Below are positions 63,125-64,000 of a stretch of 64,000 nt of DNA, one piece after another. The stretch covers positions 128,960,001-129,024,000 of the forward strand of contig NC_086105.1 of the NCBI RefSeq assembly GCF_963921235.1. Direction: 5' to 3'. The DNA comes from Mobula hypostoma. Taxonomy: Eukaryota. The notes under the pieces were generated by a model, which did not search any database, had not been told where the DNA came from, and saw nothing but the letters and a program-made list of their open reading frames with translations. The translations under genes were made by a program, and so were the position numbers. Within the stretch, counting starts at the first letter, position 1; each line of letters begins with the position of its first letter.

Positions 63125-64000
63125 CTGAAATCACAAACCAAGAAGTTAATTTGTTGTGTAGCAAAACATTGTTTTTTTTCCCCTGAAAATCCAAGAAAGG
63201 CAGAGTCTGGAAGAAATGGTCCATTTTCATATTTGTGACTCATTGAATCATCGGCGCCCTTAATCCACCACTCTTCATTCCATCCAACTTATTGTTTGGG
63301 ATGTAGGCATTGTGGCAAGACCAGATTTGTGGTCCATCTCTAAATGACCCTGAACTGAATGGCTTTGCTGGGCCATTTAAAAAGTCAATCTCACGAGTGG
63401 GTTTGGAGTTATACAAGAGCCTTAGTGACGCAAGATGAGTTTTACAGCACTGCCTTTAGGTCCCTGGACTGTTGCTTCCAGGTCTCTGGAGGTCCAGCCC
63501 AATAACTTAACCACTCTACACACAGTAGATCCTTTGGCTCATCAGTCAGTAGAGGAAGGGGCTGAGAAGGAACTTGTGTGATGATTGTTCTGCAATAAAC
63601 AACATATCTTAGGTCTCCTCATGGACACACAGAAATATTTCAAACCACTAATTTTTAATATATTCAGAGTTCTCTGCAGTGGTTCCATCAAGAACTAATA
63701 ATCTTGCTTTAGCTGCAGGGCCACAGGTGGGGCTCGGACAGTTGCACGAAGGTCTGAAGTGCGAAATGCAAAGGAATTCTTTGTACGATGAGCATAAGTC
63801 GATGAGGCTCAGCCCAATTATAATGTGAACATTGTCCTGCTTCATATTGTGGCTAATCAGACTTGCGACAGAAAGCATAGCAAGCTGTGAGTATAATATT
63901 GATCTCCCTGCTATTTTGCCGCCATGAAAAGCAGGGGCTACTAAAACCCTTCAAAACAACAATATAAATATACATAAGTGTAGATAGAAGAAGCAGAATC

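Noticed and set aside
63125-64000. Further upstream DNAH3 exon (ORF 63648-63878)
   Set aside because: No dynein-like translation recognised; the next exon is probably beyond the window

Overview
Eukaryotic vertebrate DNA; the repeat content (V-SINE/HE1-like SINEs, CR1, Rex-Babar, RTE, abundant Penelope pseudo-LTRs) suggests a cartilaginous fish (inference). The whole window lies inside one minus-strand gene, the axonemal inner-arm dynein heavy chain DNAH3. I traced 34 consecutive GT-AG coding exons (63124 down to 875). Their phases join into one open frame of 5150 nt (about 1716 codons) covering tail/linker, AAA1, AAA2 and the start of AAA3; both gene ends lie outside the window. The introns hold nested, mostly decayed transposons. 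The most interesting non-coding signals are: (i) about a dozen Penelope pseudo-LTR copies carrying a minimal hammerhead-ribozyme motif, one with an intact core and a compensatory base-pair change, several arranged as fold-backs; (ii) a TSD-flanked non-autonomous retroelement whose 5' region has HDV-ribozyme-like topology with an atypical hairpin in L3; (iii) a perfect 60-bp palindrome next to a 68-nt templated insertion. All family assignments are from recognition of motifs, not from database searches. No prokaryotic-type system is present.
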